NCBI GenBank assembly: GCA_963713965.1 | Contig: OY970217.1 | Coordinates: 526,761 to 590,760, forward strand | Length of the DNA stretch: 64,000 nt | Direction of reading: 5' to 3' | DNA from: an uncultured Chloroflexia bacterium | GTDB taxonomy: Bacteria; Chloroflexota; Chloroflexia; Thermomicrobiales; Thermomicrobiaceae | Shown here: in pieces, positions 30,820 to 39,375 of the stretch | How positions within the stretch are numbered: position 1 is the stretch's first letter | Layout of the letters: every line of letters starts with the position of its first letter | Made by a program: the position numbers and the translations under genes | Notes under the pieces: model-generated | Seen by the model: the letters and a program-made list of their open reading frames with translations, nothing else | What the model was told of the DNA's origin: nothing | Databases searched by the model: none

Positions 30820-31497
30820 TCAACGTCTTCGTTCCAGTCTCGAGCGCGCGAAAGCGTAGTCATCAGGCGTGTTGACGTTGAAAAACGATTCAAGATCTGG
30901 ATCAATCCGGCGAATCGCCTCCTCCGTTATTCGAAGCATGTTAAAGCCTGTCAGCGCAGTTGCGACCTTGAGATCTCCTGCTCGGATTCTTCGTTCGAGA
31001 TCCGGAGCGATCGACGTTCGGTAGATCGCGTGCATCGTCTCGAGTGTCTCAGTCTTCCCCTGATCGCTGCGCTCGGCTGAGAGTGATGGGATCACCACGT
31101 CATGCTGGCCGATTGACTCTGCCATGCGACGCAACAAGTCGATATTGAGCAACGGCATATCACAGGCCACCACCAAACAGAGATCGTGCGCCGCGCTGAG
31201 CAACGCTGTATAGACGCCCCCAAGCGATCCCGCCCCTGGGATTGCGTCAGGTACGACGCGGAACCCGAACTCCTCATAGACGGCGCCATCATTGGCGACC
31301 ACGAAGACGTCATTTGCTACCGACGAAACGCGATCGGCAACAGTCTCGATCATCGTTCGGCCCGCGAGATGAAGGAGTGACTTTTCCTCCCCCATTCTCC
31401 GGCTTTGTCCGCCTGCCAGAATCGCGGCGCTCAACAGCGGTTGGCGATCGCTGGTACTCTCGATTGATGTGACAGCCGCGCTTTGTTGACATGACAA
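30820..31497 (-). CDS. mobA: molybdenum cofactor guanylyltransferase
   Basis: TTG start. AILAGGQSRRMGEEKSLL motif; 225 aa. Confidence 0.85.
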   Translation of the reverse strand: MSCQQSAAVTSIESTSDRQPLLSAAILAGGQSRRMGEEKSLLHLAGRTMIETVADRVSSVANDVFVVANDGAVYEEFGFRVVPDAIPGAGSLGGVYTALLSAAHDLCLVVACDMPLLNIDLLRRMAESIGQHDVVIPSLSAERSDQGKTETLETMHAIYRTSIAPDLERRIRAGDLKVATALTGFNMLRITEEAIRRIDPDLESFFNVNTPDDYAFARSRLERRR

Positions 31498-31512
31498 TTC
31501 GTCCGCCCGCCT

Positions 31513-31540
31513 TTGACATCCTCCACCAGCACGCTATAAT
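31513..31540 (+). promoter_or_regulatory. near-consensus sigma70 promoter
   Basis: TTGACA (31513-31518), a 16-nt spacer, then TATAAT (31535-31540). Confidence 0.65.
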
Positions 31541-31546
31541 CACCTT

Positions 31547-31658
31547 AATAGATAGTTCATCCACGAGAGGACGACGAGCACTATGGACGTTCGTCCCACC
31601 ATTGAGAATAGCCCAAGGTGAGCACCGGGAAACTGACTTCCTGGTGCTCTTCTGTTTT
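31547..31658 (+). promoter_or_regulatory. candidate 5' leader/attenuator or small RNA, containing a 12-codon uORF (31583-31621)
   Basis: Hairpin GGACGA...TCGTCC carries the uORF ATG in its loop. The uORF encodes MDVRPTIENSPR, and its TGA lies in the 5' base of the terminator stem. Confidence 0.45.
31620..31658 (+). terminator. intrinsic terminator inside the leader
   Basis: GAGCACCGGGAA-ACTGAC-TTCCTGGTGCTC forms a 12-bp stem (one G-U pair) followed by TTCTGTTTT. Confidence 0.7.
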
Positions 31659-31740
31659 AAGGTGTCGCGAGAGACGCCACCAGTGAGATAGTCGCGGGCG
31701 GGGCGGGGGAACGCTCGGACCGCGGAAAGGAGTACTACTG

Positions 31741-31998
31741 GTGAACTCGAGCATGATTGGAAAGATCGAAAAGGCGCGCCGCTACGCGGAAGAACCCGGG
31801 CGAGCACAGATCCAGGACCTGGACGTCAAGTTCCAGGGCGAGCATGACACCTACAACGTCAGCTACCATGACAGCCAATGGTCATGCGACTGTCATTCAT
31901 TCACGGCACTTCAGGCCGGCACCTGCAGCCACATCATGGCGATGGAGCGTTTGCTCGGTCAGATGATCCCTGGCGAGATGCTCGCGGCGGCCAGCTAA
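31741..31998 (+). CDS. small SWIM zinc-finger protein
   Basis: GTG start lies 8 nt after GGAAAGGAG. CDCHSFTALQAGTCSH fits the CxCx(n)CxH pattern. Confidence 0.75.
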   Translation: MNSSMIGKIEKARRYAEEPGRAQIQDLDVKFQGEHDTYNVSYHDSQWSCDCHSFTALQAGTCSHIMAMERLLGQMIPGEMLAAAS

Positions 31999-32036
31999 CC
32001 AGAGACGATTTCACGATCAATACGTAGGCAAATGAC

Positions 32037-32063
32037 GAGCGGGCTCACATGTTGAACCCGCTC
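32037..32063. terminator. hairpin between convergent genes
   Basis: GAGCGGG-13 nt-CCCGCTC, followed by GATTCATGTTT. Confidence 0.4.
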
Positions 32064-32093
32064 GATTCATGTTTAGTGAACGAATGCTAAATG

Positions 32094-32381
32094 TTAGTTG
32101 TCAGAAATGAGGTCAAGCCGCGTCATGGCCGGGATCACTCTGGTGATGTCCGTCAAAATGACGCGCGGCCGGGGGCCGGACACATACTCGCCTTCGTGCC
32201 AGCGGTCGTCGATGAGGCGCTGTCTGCGCTGCAATACAATTGCCGCCGGGTCAACGGTCGATGAACCTGGCGCGCTCAGCACGATCGCGGCGTTGACGGT
32301 CAGTGCCGTGAACAAATTGATCATCTTGGACCGCAACGTCTTTCGTTCCACCGGTCGCCTGCGTCCGTAAACCGCGTCCAT
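32094..32381 (-). CDS. hypothetical protein translationally coupled to darA
   Basis: The ATG overlaps the darA TGA (TGATG). The opposite-strand ORF is R/S-rich and looks like an antisense artefact. Confidence 0.45.
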   Translation of the reverse strand: MDAVYGRRRPVERKTLRSKMINLFTALTVNAAIVLSAPGSSTVDPAAIVLQRRQRLIDDRWHEGEYVSGPRPRVILTDITRVIPAMTRLDLISDN

Positions 32382-32707
32382 CAAATACGCTCGAATCGTT
32401 CTACGTTCACGACGAAGACGGTCGCGCCACCCACCACGACGTCGACCAGGTCTGCCGGATACCAGTCGTGGACGTCACCAATGATCTCCGGCTGGACAGT
32501 CTCGGTCCGCTGGCGGCAGTTGTTGTCAATCAGTCGAACAACCTTGCGGACTTCATAATCTTGCACGCCGACCATTAAAGTAGTATTTCCCACCCGCAAG
32601 AAACCGCCTGTGCTGGCGATCCGTGTGGCGCGAAACCCGGCATCGGTAATCGACTTCAGAAGCTGATTCGCATCGTAGTCCTGTACGATCGCGAAGACCA
32701 ATTTCAT
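32381..32707 (-). CDS. darA: cyclic-di-AMP receptor protein (PII-like, DUF970/YaaQ)
   Basis: MKLVFAIVQDYDANQLLKSITDAGFRATRIASTGGFLRVGNTTLMVGV...GGATVFVV aligns closely along its length with my recollection of B. subtilis DarA. Confidence 0.88.
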   Translation of the reverse strand: MKLVFAIVQDYDANQLLKSITDAGFRATRIASTGGFLRVGNTTLMVGVQDYEVRKVVRLIDNNCRQRTETVQPEIIGDVHDWYPADLVDVVVGGATVFVVNVERFERI

Positions 32708-32840
32708 CGATGGACCTCGCTCCTTATCGTTTGCGAATCAACGATCTGATTACCCGCACTATGCCACCGAATATAGCACAGCTCGCCTGTACGAACGAAG
32801 GTCAGCAATCGTGAATTGAACGACCGGCCTTGATCATGCG

Positions 32841-33677
32841 ATGATCGAAGAGAGAACCCGTGGAACTGTTGAATTGACATTGAGATTCGGAGAGGCGTTG
32901 TCCGAGCCGGTATTCGAGTTGGCAGAATTGACGTGGCAAGAGGCCGAGGTTGTGTTGCGACGGCGTCCGATTGGGCTCCTACCCGTTGGCGCAATAGAGG
33001 CTCACGGCCCTCATCTTCCACTCGAGACTGACGTCATCATCGCGCGTGAAATGGCGAAACGTGGTGCGCTCCGCCTTGCCGGCCACGGTTTGCCCGTACT
33101 GATATTGCCGGCCATATCGTTCGGCGTGAGCTTCGTGGGGACGTGCTTCGGCGGCACGTCTCCCGTTGACGTGTACGCCTTCGAAGCGAATCTCACCTCA
33201 TTGCTGACGCACGCCGCGACCCAGGAGTATCGAGCTCTCTGCGTCTGCAACGCTCATCTGGAGCCCGCGCATGTTGCCGCCATCCAGCGGGCCGCGCGGA
33301 CCGCGAGCAGTGACACTGGGATTCCAATCGTCGCGCCGGACAAGCGCGAACCGCGCTGGGCGGAACGGTTGAGCGAAGAATTCCGGCGCGGCGCGCGGCA
33401 CGCCGGAGGATACGAAACGTCGCTGATGCTGGCCGTTAGCCCGAGCGCAGTTCGCTGGGACGAGGCGCGCAAGCTACCTCCGGTCTGGGTCGATCTCCCT
33501 GCTCAATTGAGCGCGGGTGCCAAGACGTTTGCCGAGGCGGGCGGCGAACTCGGCTATTTTGGCGAGCCCGCAACCGCGTCCGCCAACGAAGGCGAACGGC
33601 TGTTTGATGCCCTGGGAACGATCATTCGTGACGCCGTTCTCGAGGCGTTGGAGGTCGATTGCAGTCCGACGCATTGA
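32841..33677 (+). CDS. creatininase-family amidohydrolase
   Basis: LLPVGAIEAHGPHLPLETD and GGYETS motifs. Confidence 0.82.
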   Translation: MIEERTRGTVELTLRFGEALSEPVFELAELTWQEAEVVLRRRPIGLLPVGAIEAHGPHLPLETDVIIAREMAKRGALRLAGHGLPVLILPAISFGVSFVGTCFGGTSPVDVYAFEANLTSLLTHAATQEYRALCVCNAHLEPAHVAAIQRAARTASSDTGIPIVAPDKREPRWAERLSEEFRRGARHAGGYETSLMLAVSPSAVRWDEARKLPPVWVDLPAQLSAGAKTFAEAGGELGYFGEPATASANEGERLFDALGTIIRDAVLEALEVDCSPTH

Positions 33678-33695
33678 TCGAAAGGAGCACGTGAC

Positions 33696-34346
33696 ATGGA
33701 GCCGGGAATCACCTGGTATGCACAGTCGTCGATCCGCATCGAGGCAAGAGGGATGCAAATCTATATCGATCCGTACCACGTTCCGGATGGTGAACCAAAG
33801 GCGGACGTCCTCCTGATCAGCCATGAGCATGGCGATCATCTCTCGCCCGACGACATCAACAGAGTGCGCTCGGGCGACACTGCCGTGTTCGCGAACAAGA
33901 CGGCTGCTGCCAAGCTCGACGGAGACGTGAAGGTGCTGACGCCTGGTGAATCAGCAACCATCGGCGCGCTCAAAATCCGTACGGTCCCGGCCTATACCAC
34001 CACGAAGCTGCGACCATCCGGAGAGCCGACCCATCCCAAAGAGGCCGAGCATCTTGGGCTGATCCTCGAGATCGACGACCTGACGTTCTACGCCGCGGGT
34101 GACACTGACGTCATCCCTGAGATGGAATCTGTTGGACCTGTTGACTATGCCTTCCTGCCGGTGAGTGGCAAGTTCGTAATGACACCGGAAGAGGCGGCCG
34201 AGGCAGCGCGCCTTGTACAACCCAGCGTAGCCATACCGGTCCATTTCGGCGCTATCGTCGGATCGGCCGACGACGCAAAGCGCTTTGCCGAGTTGGTTCC
34301 CGATCAGGTGCGCGTCTGGATCATGACGGCCGCTGGGAGCGAGTAG
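33696..34346 (+). CDS. MBL-fold metallo-hydrolase
   Basis: LLISHEHGDHL motif; 216 aa. Confidence 0.82.
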   Translation: MEPGITWYAQSSIRIEARGMQIYIDPYHVPDGEPKADVLLISHEHGDHLSPDDINRVRSGDTAVFANKTAAAKLDGDVKVLTPGESATIGALKIRTVPAYTTTKLRPSGEPTHPKEAEHLGLILEIDDLTFYAAGDTDVIPEMESVGPVDYAFLPVSGKFVMTPEEAAEAARLVQPSVAIPVHFGAIVGSADDAKRFAELVPDQVRVWIMTAAGSE

Positions 34347-34358
34347 CCGATTCGATCG

Positions 34359-35714
34359 TCATTGCTGGACAAGGGCCGCGAACTGATCGAGAGACAGCAA
34401 GCCAGAGATCTCGACTCGCGGCTCGTTCCAGCGTTTCGCGGTCGTCCAATCTTCACCGCCCCAAGCGGCGATTCCACCCGTGTACCCGGCCGATGCGGTG
34501 GCGTCTATGACGCGGCCATTGTAGTCGCCGTATGGATAGGCAATGAAATTCACCTGCTGCCCGAGAATCGATTCAAGTGTCGCTCGACTCTGATTGAGCT
34601 GGTAGCTCAGGCTGTCGTCGGATTGCTGGGTGAAATAGGGGTGACTGACGCTGTGTGACTCAACGTCGTGCCCGCGTTGAGACATCGAACGAAGCTGGTC
34701 TTGCGAGAGCTGCGAGTGACCGGTGACTACGAAAAAGACACCCTTCATCCCTCGCGCGTCCAACGCCGCCGCAGCATCCCAGTGTCCAGCGGTTGAGTCG
34801 TCGAACGAGATCACGATGGGGTTCGAAGGCAACGATCCGCCGTTGAACATGTAGTCGTACAGTTGTTGCAGGCTTACCGTGTGGTAACCGCGCGACTGCA
34901 CCCAGTCCATCTCTTGCTCAAACTTCCAGAGCGGCGTCACGTATCGATCCGCGCTGGGGGCGATCTGGTGATACATCAAGACCGGGATGTGGAGCGATCG
35001 AGGTCCAGAGAAGAGTGCTGCAGAGTAGTCTGGAATACCGTCCGGACGGTCGATTGACGCGGTGTCGACCTGATCGAGTTTGGCTGCCCAATCGCCCAAT
35101 AGACCGAGCTGGACTTCGTAGGGTGTCCCCTGGTGCTCCGGCCAATACTCGAATCGAGCACGCTCGAAGTATTGAACGGTGCGGCCGTTTTCGCTCGTCT
35201 CCTCGCTGATTGGGTAACCGAAGACAGCCAGCCCGCCGTTCTTCTCCCAATAAGTCTTGAACCCATAGGAGAGGTAGTGACCGGTGGCAGCGAAGTAGTC
35301 ACGGCTGGCCGTATCTTGCCAATCCGGCAAAGCAGATTGCGGCCGGAATGCGTCGCCCTGGGTCAGATCTTGAGCGAACAACGTACCAAGCAGTCCAAGC
35401 TCGACCTCAAAAGGAGTCCCGGCGAACTCTGGATGAAGCTCGAATCGTGCCCGCTCAAAATACTGAACCTTGAATCCACCTTGATCGAATGGCTCACTTA
35501 TTGGGAATCCATAGATCGATAGTCCGCCGTTTTCCCGCCAGTAGGTCAGAAACTGATCGGACAGTGTATGCCCAGTCTGGGAGAAGAAGACGGAGCTGGG
35601 AGCCGCCAAACCTGGCTCAGGCGACTGAAACAGCGAGAACATCACTGAAAGAACCAGACACGAGGCGAGCGTGCGCCTGATAAGACTCGAGCCGTGCACG
35701 ATCATGTTCTCCAT
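34359..35714 (-). CDS. secreted polysaccharide deacetylase with two N-terminal YFERARFE-type repeats
   Basis: Signal peptide, a tandem repeat of about 65 aa, and C-terminal NodB motifs (ISFDDS, ESHSVSH). Confidence 0.85.
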   Translation of the reverse strand: MENMIVHGSSLIRRTLASCLVLSVMFSLFQSPEPGLAAPSSVFFSQTGHTLSDQFLTYWRENGGLSIYGFPISEPFDQGGFKVQYFERARFELHPEFAGTPFEVELGLLGTLFAQDLTQGDAFRPQSALPDWQDTASRDYFAATGHYLSYGFKTYWEKNGGLAVFGYPISEETSENGRTVQYFERARFEYWPEHQGTPYEVQLGLLGDWAAKLDQVDTASIDRPDGIPDYSAALFSGPRSLHIPVLMYHQIAPSADRYVTPLWKFEQEMDWVQSRGYHTVSLQQLYDYMFNGGSLPSNPIVISFDDSTAGHWDAAAALDARGMKGVFFVVTGHSQLSQDQLRSMSQRGHDVESHSVSHPYFTQQSDDSLSYQLNQSRATLESILGQQVNFIAYPYGDYNGRVIDATASAGYTGGIAAWGGEDWTTAKRWNEPRVEISGLLSLDQFAALVQQ

Positions 35715-35832
35715 ATTCGTTTCCGAACCACGGACGATCGATCATTGATATTTCCGAAACTGTGTAGTGCTGTCGGGCTAATGGCGTGTCGCGCGGCCCC
35801 TATGATGAGAGTCACGGAGCGTGGAGTCAAGC

Positions 35833-37638
35833 ATGTTGAAAAAGACGGTTTCACGACGCGGATTCGTTCTCGGCATCTCGGTGGCCGCGGGCACCTTGCT
35901 TGCCTCTTGTCGCAGGGGCAACGGCGTCACTCCCACCAACGCGCCAACAATTCTTCCAACTGCTCCCGTGGCCAAATCCACCGCGACCCCGTCTCCTGCG
36001 GCGGCACAAGCGATCATTGCGGCTCCGACTCCGTCGCCTAGCTCATCTCCAAGTCCAAGTCCAACGCCGACGCCCGATCCGATCACCGTCAGCGTTTGGG
36101 TCGATCCGACGATTCCGACGGCATGGGGGCCAATCGCGGAACAGGCGATCGCCCAAATCGCAGCACAATCGGGAGACGGAGCGGTCGACATCCGGCGTGT
36201 GATTGCTGGCGAACAAGCCGACCTGAGCATCTCGACGACCAGGCCGGCAAACGGAGACCAGCCCGTATCGCTGGCGAAGATGGCGCTGGTTCCCGTCTGT
36301 TCACCACGCATTCCTATTCGAGAGATCTCCTCCGATCAAGCTGGAGCGCTGCTGAGCGGGACCGTCACGGATTGGGCCGACGTCGGGTCGCCGACGTCGG
36401 TTCCGGTCCAACTGTTCATCATATCCGGGGCTCGAGTCGACGGGACGAGCGACTCCGCAACGAAGGTCGCAAGTTTTGACGAATTCGTGGGCCAGTTTGC
36501 GGATAGCCCGGGAGCTGTTGCCATGGTGCCGGTCGACGACGTCGATTTCCGTGGGTTGAGTCTCATCGTTGACGGCGTGGATCTTCTCGCTGAGGCGCAA
36601 TCTCCCGACGAATGGCCATTCGATCTCGATCTGTTTCTCAGCGGCACAGCGGATTCAGCGCCCATGGTCGAGAACTTCGTTGCAACTCCATCCAGTGAAG
36701 TGCCAGCCACGGCGCCTCCGCTGACGGTCTCCTGGGTCGGCGACGTGATCCTCGGACGGACGGTACATACCATCATGACCAGGCTCAACGACTATCAGGC
36801 GCCGTTCCGATTAGTGGCCGACGAGTTAAAAGGTTCTGACCTCACGATCGCCAACCTCGAGTGCTCGCTCGCCGACGACATCGAACCACCGTCAGACCCA
36901 CTCACGTTCTCCTTCATGACCTACACGGCGGGCGCGGATGGTATGTCGCTGGCTGGGATCGACGCGGTCAGTCAGGCCAACAACCACAGCATGAATTTCG
37001 GTGCCCACGGCATGCGCGACACGTTGGCGGCATTGGACCAGCACAACATCAAGCACTTCGGCATAGGCGAGAACCTGGAAGAGGCTCGAAAACCGACCAT
37101 CTTCGACGTTCAGGGCCGCAAGATCGCGATTCTGGGGTACGACGGCATCACCGGGGGTACATACGGCGCGACCGATTCGACCGCGGGAACCTGCCCTCTC
37201 GACATCGATATCATGGCGCAAGACATCTCGGCGGTGCGCCAGCAGGCAGACCTCGTGATCCCCTTCGTCCATTGGGGCATCGAGTATCAGCTGGTTCCAA
37301 ATGCGGAGCAGCAGATGATCGCACGCAACGCCATCGACGTCGGCGCCGACATGGTGATCGGCTCACATTGCCACTGGGTTCAGGGCATGGAGGTCTACAA
37401 GGGGAAGCCGATCATCTACTCACTTGCCAATTTCGTTTTCGACCAGGATTGGTCCTTGGAGACCAAACAAGGGCTGATCATGCACCTCGTTTTCCGACAG
37501 AACCGGGTCGCGGCAATCCGCTTCGTACCGGTTCTCATCGAGGACTTCTATCAGCCGCATATCGTCGATGGATCCGACATGACTCAGATTCTGGATCGGA
37601 TTTGGCAATCGACGGATCTCATCGCCGCAGGTCTCTGA
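35833..37638 (+). CDS. CapA/PGA_cap-family lipoprotein with an N-terminal periplasmic-binding-like domain
   Basis: Twin-arginine lipoprotein signal SRRGFVLGISVAAGTLLASC, a P/S/T linker, and CapA motifs (WVGDVILGR, ANNHSMNFG, VHWGIEY). Confidence 0.8.
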   Translation: MLKKTVSRRGFVLGISVAAGTLLASCRRGNGVTPTNAPTILPTAPVAKSTATPSPAAAQAIIAAPTPSPSSSPSPSPTPTPDPITVSVWVDPTIPTAWGPIAEQAIAQIAAQSGDGAVDIRRVIAGEQADLSISTTRPANGDQPVSLAKMALVPVCSPRIPIREISSDQAGALLSGTVTDWADVGSPTSVPVQLFIISGARVDGTSDSATKVASFDEFVGQFADSPGAVAMVPVDDVDFRGLSLIVDGVDLLAEAQSPDEWPFDLDLFLSGTADSAPMVENFVATPSSEVPATAPPLTVSWVGDVILGRTVHTIMTRLNDYQAPFRLVADELKGSDLTIANLECSLADDIEPPSDPLTFSFMTYTAGADGMSLAGIDAVSQANNHSMNFGAHGMRDTLAALDQHNIKHFGIGENLEEARKPTIFDVQGRKIAILGYDGITGGTYGATDSTAGTCPLDIDIMAQDISAVRQQADLVIPFVHWGIEYQLVPNAEQQMIARNAIDVGADMVIGSHCHWVQGMEVYKGKPIIYSLANFVFDQDWSLETKQGLIMHLVFRQNRVAAIRFVPVLIEDFYQPHIVDGSDMTQILDRIWQSTDLIAAGL

Positions 37639-37758
37639 GGGAACTGATTCGCGGCGAAAAGGCGCGCACGGTTATACTCGTCGGGCGCCGCGTCTCCAAC
37701 GCTGTGGGGACCGGCGCTTAAGTGTCATAAACAAACTTGTTCGAAGGGGGAGGTGAAG

Positions 37759-39363
37759 ATGGCTGAGCGCATGAAGGGTGGTCAAGCCGCGGTTCGCGCG
37801 CTGGAGAGCCAGAGCGTCGACGTGGTCTTCGGAATTCCTGGAGTCCACACGCTCGAGATCTACGACGCGTTGGTCGACTCCAACATCACGCACATTCTGG
37901 CGAGGCATGAACAGGGCGCAGGATTCATGGCCGACGGCTACGCTCGCGCGTCGGGCAAGCCTGGCGTCGCCGTCATCATCACTGGTCCCGGAATCACCAA
38001 CGTGATGACGGCTGTGGGCGAGGCTTACACCGACTCATCCCCGATTCTGATCCTCTCGTCGAACGTGGAGCAGGAGTGGGCCGGCCAAATGCTCGGCCAT
38101 CTACATGACCTGAGCGATCAGCTCGGCGTCATGCACGCCGTCACGAAATGGAACGCGCGTGCCACCAACGTTGCCCAGATTCCGGAACTGGTCGAGAAGG
38201 CGTTTCGCGAGATGAAGAGTGGGCGTCCTAGACCAACACACGTTGAGGTGCCGCTTGACGTGCTTGCCGATTTTGCCGAAGCCGAGATGCTCGCACCGGC
38301 AAGCTGTGAGCCGAGCGTCCCGTCGAGCGAGTCGATTGCCAAAGCAATCGACGCAATCTCCGATGCGCAACGGGTCGTGATCTGGTGTGGCGGTGGCGCG
38401 GTGAGCAGCGGGGCAGGACAGGCTATTGCCCAGATCTCCGAGCAGCTCGGGGCCCCCATCCTTACGTCAGCCATGGGCAAGGGAAGCGTCCCGGCGGATC
38501 ATCCGATGTTCATCGGCAAGGCGTGGGATACCGGCAATCCGATCGACGAGATGCTTCGCTCCACCGATCTACTCCTCGTCTTCGGTTCGAAGCTCGGTGC
38601 CATGGAGACCAACTATCAGCGCATGCCGATGCCCAAGACACTGGTCCGCGTTGACGTGGACGCAAACGAGATCAACCGCAATTACGCGCCAACCGTCGCG
38701 GTCGTTGGCGACGCACGTGTCACCGCCGACCAAATGCTCGCCAGTCTCCGCCAACGGGACGTCCGGAAGGCGGGCTGGACGGCGGGTCAGGTACGAGAAA
38801 TTCGCGACGCGTTTCTCGATTCGACCTGGGGAAAGGAACAGCAGCCATACGTCGACGCACTGCGGTCGGCCATCCCGCGCGACGGCGTTCTCGTCAGTGA
38901 CATGACCATGATGGGATACGTCAGCCAGGGCCGCTACCCGGTTTACGAACCGCGAACCTTCCTCTTCCCGCAAGGCTATGGGACGCTCGGGTTCTCGCTT
39001 CCCGCGGCCATTGGCGCCAAAGTCGCCCGCCCGGATGCGACCGTCGTGCCGATCGTCGGCGACGGCGGGTTCCAGTACACGATGCAAGAGCTTGCCACGG
39101 CGGTCCAATTCAAGCTCGGCCTTCCGATCGTCATCTTCAATGATTCGACCTACACGGCGGTGAAGATGGAGCAAGCGGACAAATACGACCGACGTTTCAT
39201 CGCGGTTGATTTGGTGAACCCCGACTATCCCAAGCTGGCCGATGCCTACGGCATCCCGTCAACCACCGCCCGTTCCGCGGAGGAGTTGGTACAGGCGATC
39301 GTGGCTGCGGCCAAACGGGACGTGCCGACGATCATCGACACGCCAATCTCGTTCGGGTTGTAG
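37759..39363 (+). CDS. thiamine-pyrophosphate-dependent enzyme (acetolactate synthase-like)
   Basis: ATG lies 5 nt after GGGGGAGG. TPP N, middle and C domains are present, with the GDGGFQYT motif. Confidence 0.85.
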   Translation: MAERMKGGQAAVRALESQSVDVVFGIPGVHTLEIYDALVDSNITHILARHEQGAGFMADGYARASGKPGVAVIITGPGITNVMTAVGEAYTDSSPILILSSNVEQEWAGQMLGHLHDLSDQLGVMHAVTKWNARATNVAQIPELVEKAFREMKSGRPRPTHVEVPLDVLADFAEAEMLAPASCEPSVPSSESIAKAIDAISDAQRVVIWCGGGAVSSGAGQAIAQISEQLGAPILTSAMGKGSVPADHPMFIGKAWDTGNPIDEMLRSTDLLLVFGSKLGAMETNYQRMPMPKTLVRVDVDANEINRNYAPTVAVVGDARVTADQMLASLRQRDVRKAGWTAGQVREIRDAFLDSTWGKEQQPYVDALRSAIPRDGVLVSDMTMMGYVSQGRYPVYEPRTFLFPQGYGTLGFSLPAAIGAKVARPDATVVPIVGDGGFQYTMQELATAVQFKLGLPIVIFNDSTYTAVKMEQADKYDRRFIAVDLVNPDYPKLADAYGIPSTTARSAEELVQAIVAAAKRDVPTIIDTPISFGL

Positions 39364-39375
39364 CTCAGCGAGCGA

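Noticed and set aside
31547-31658. Assigning the leader to a known riboswitch class (Moco, preQ1, ZTP, fluoride, guanidine, Mn)
   Set aside because: None of the conserved cores that I remember for these classes is present. I left the class unassigned rather than naming one.
31491-31691. 66-aa plus-strand ORF spanning the promoter, leader and terminator
   Set aside because: Its ATG lies upstream of the -35 box and overlaps the mobA start. It reads straight through the terminator hairpin and has no RBS. The non-coding leader interpretation fits better.
31696-31709. G-rich tract GGGCGGGGCGGGGG considered as a G-quadruplex
   Set aside because: There are only three G-runs of at least 3, and no fourth run within reach.
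32098-32370. 90-aa plus-strand ORF opposite the darA-coupled ORF
   Set aside because: It is R/S/C-rich and has no RBS. The minus-strand frame is translationally coupled to darA and has a more protein-like composition.
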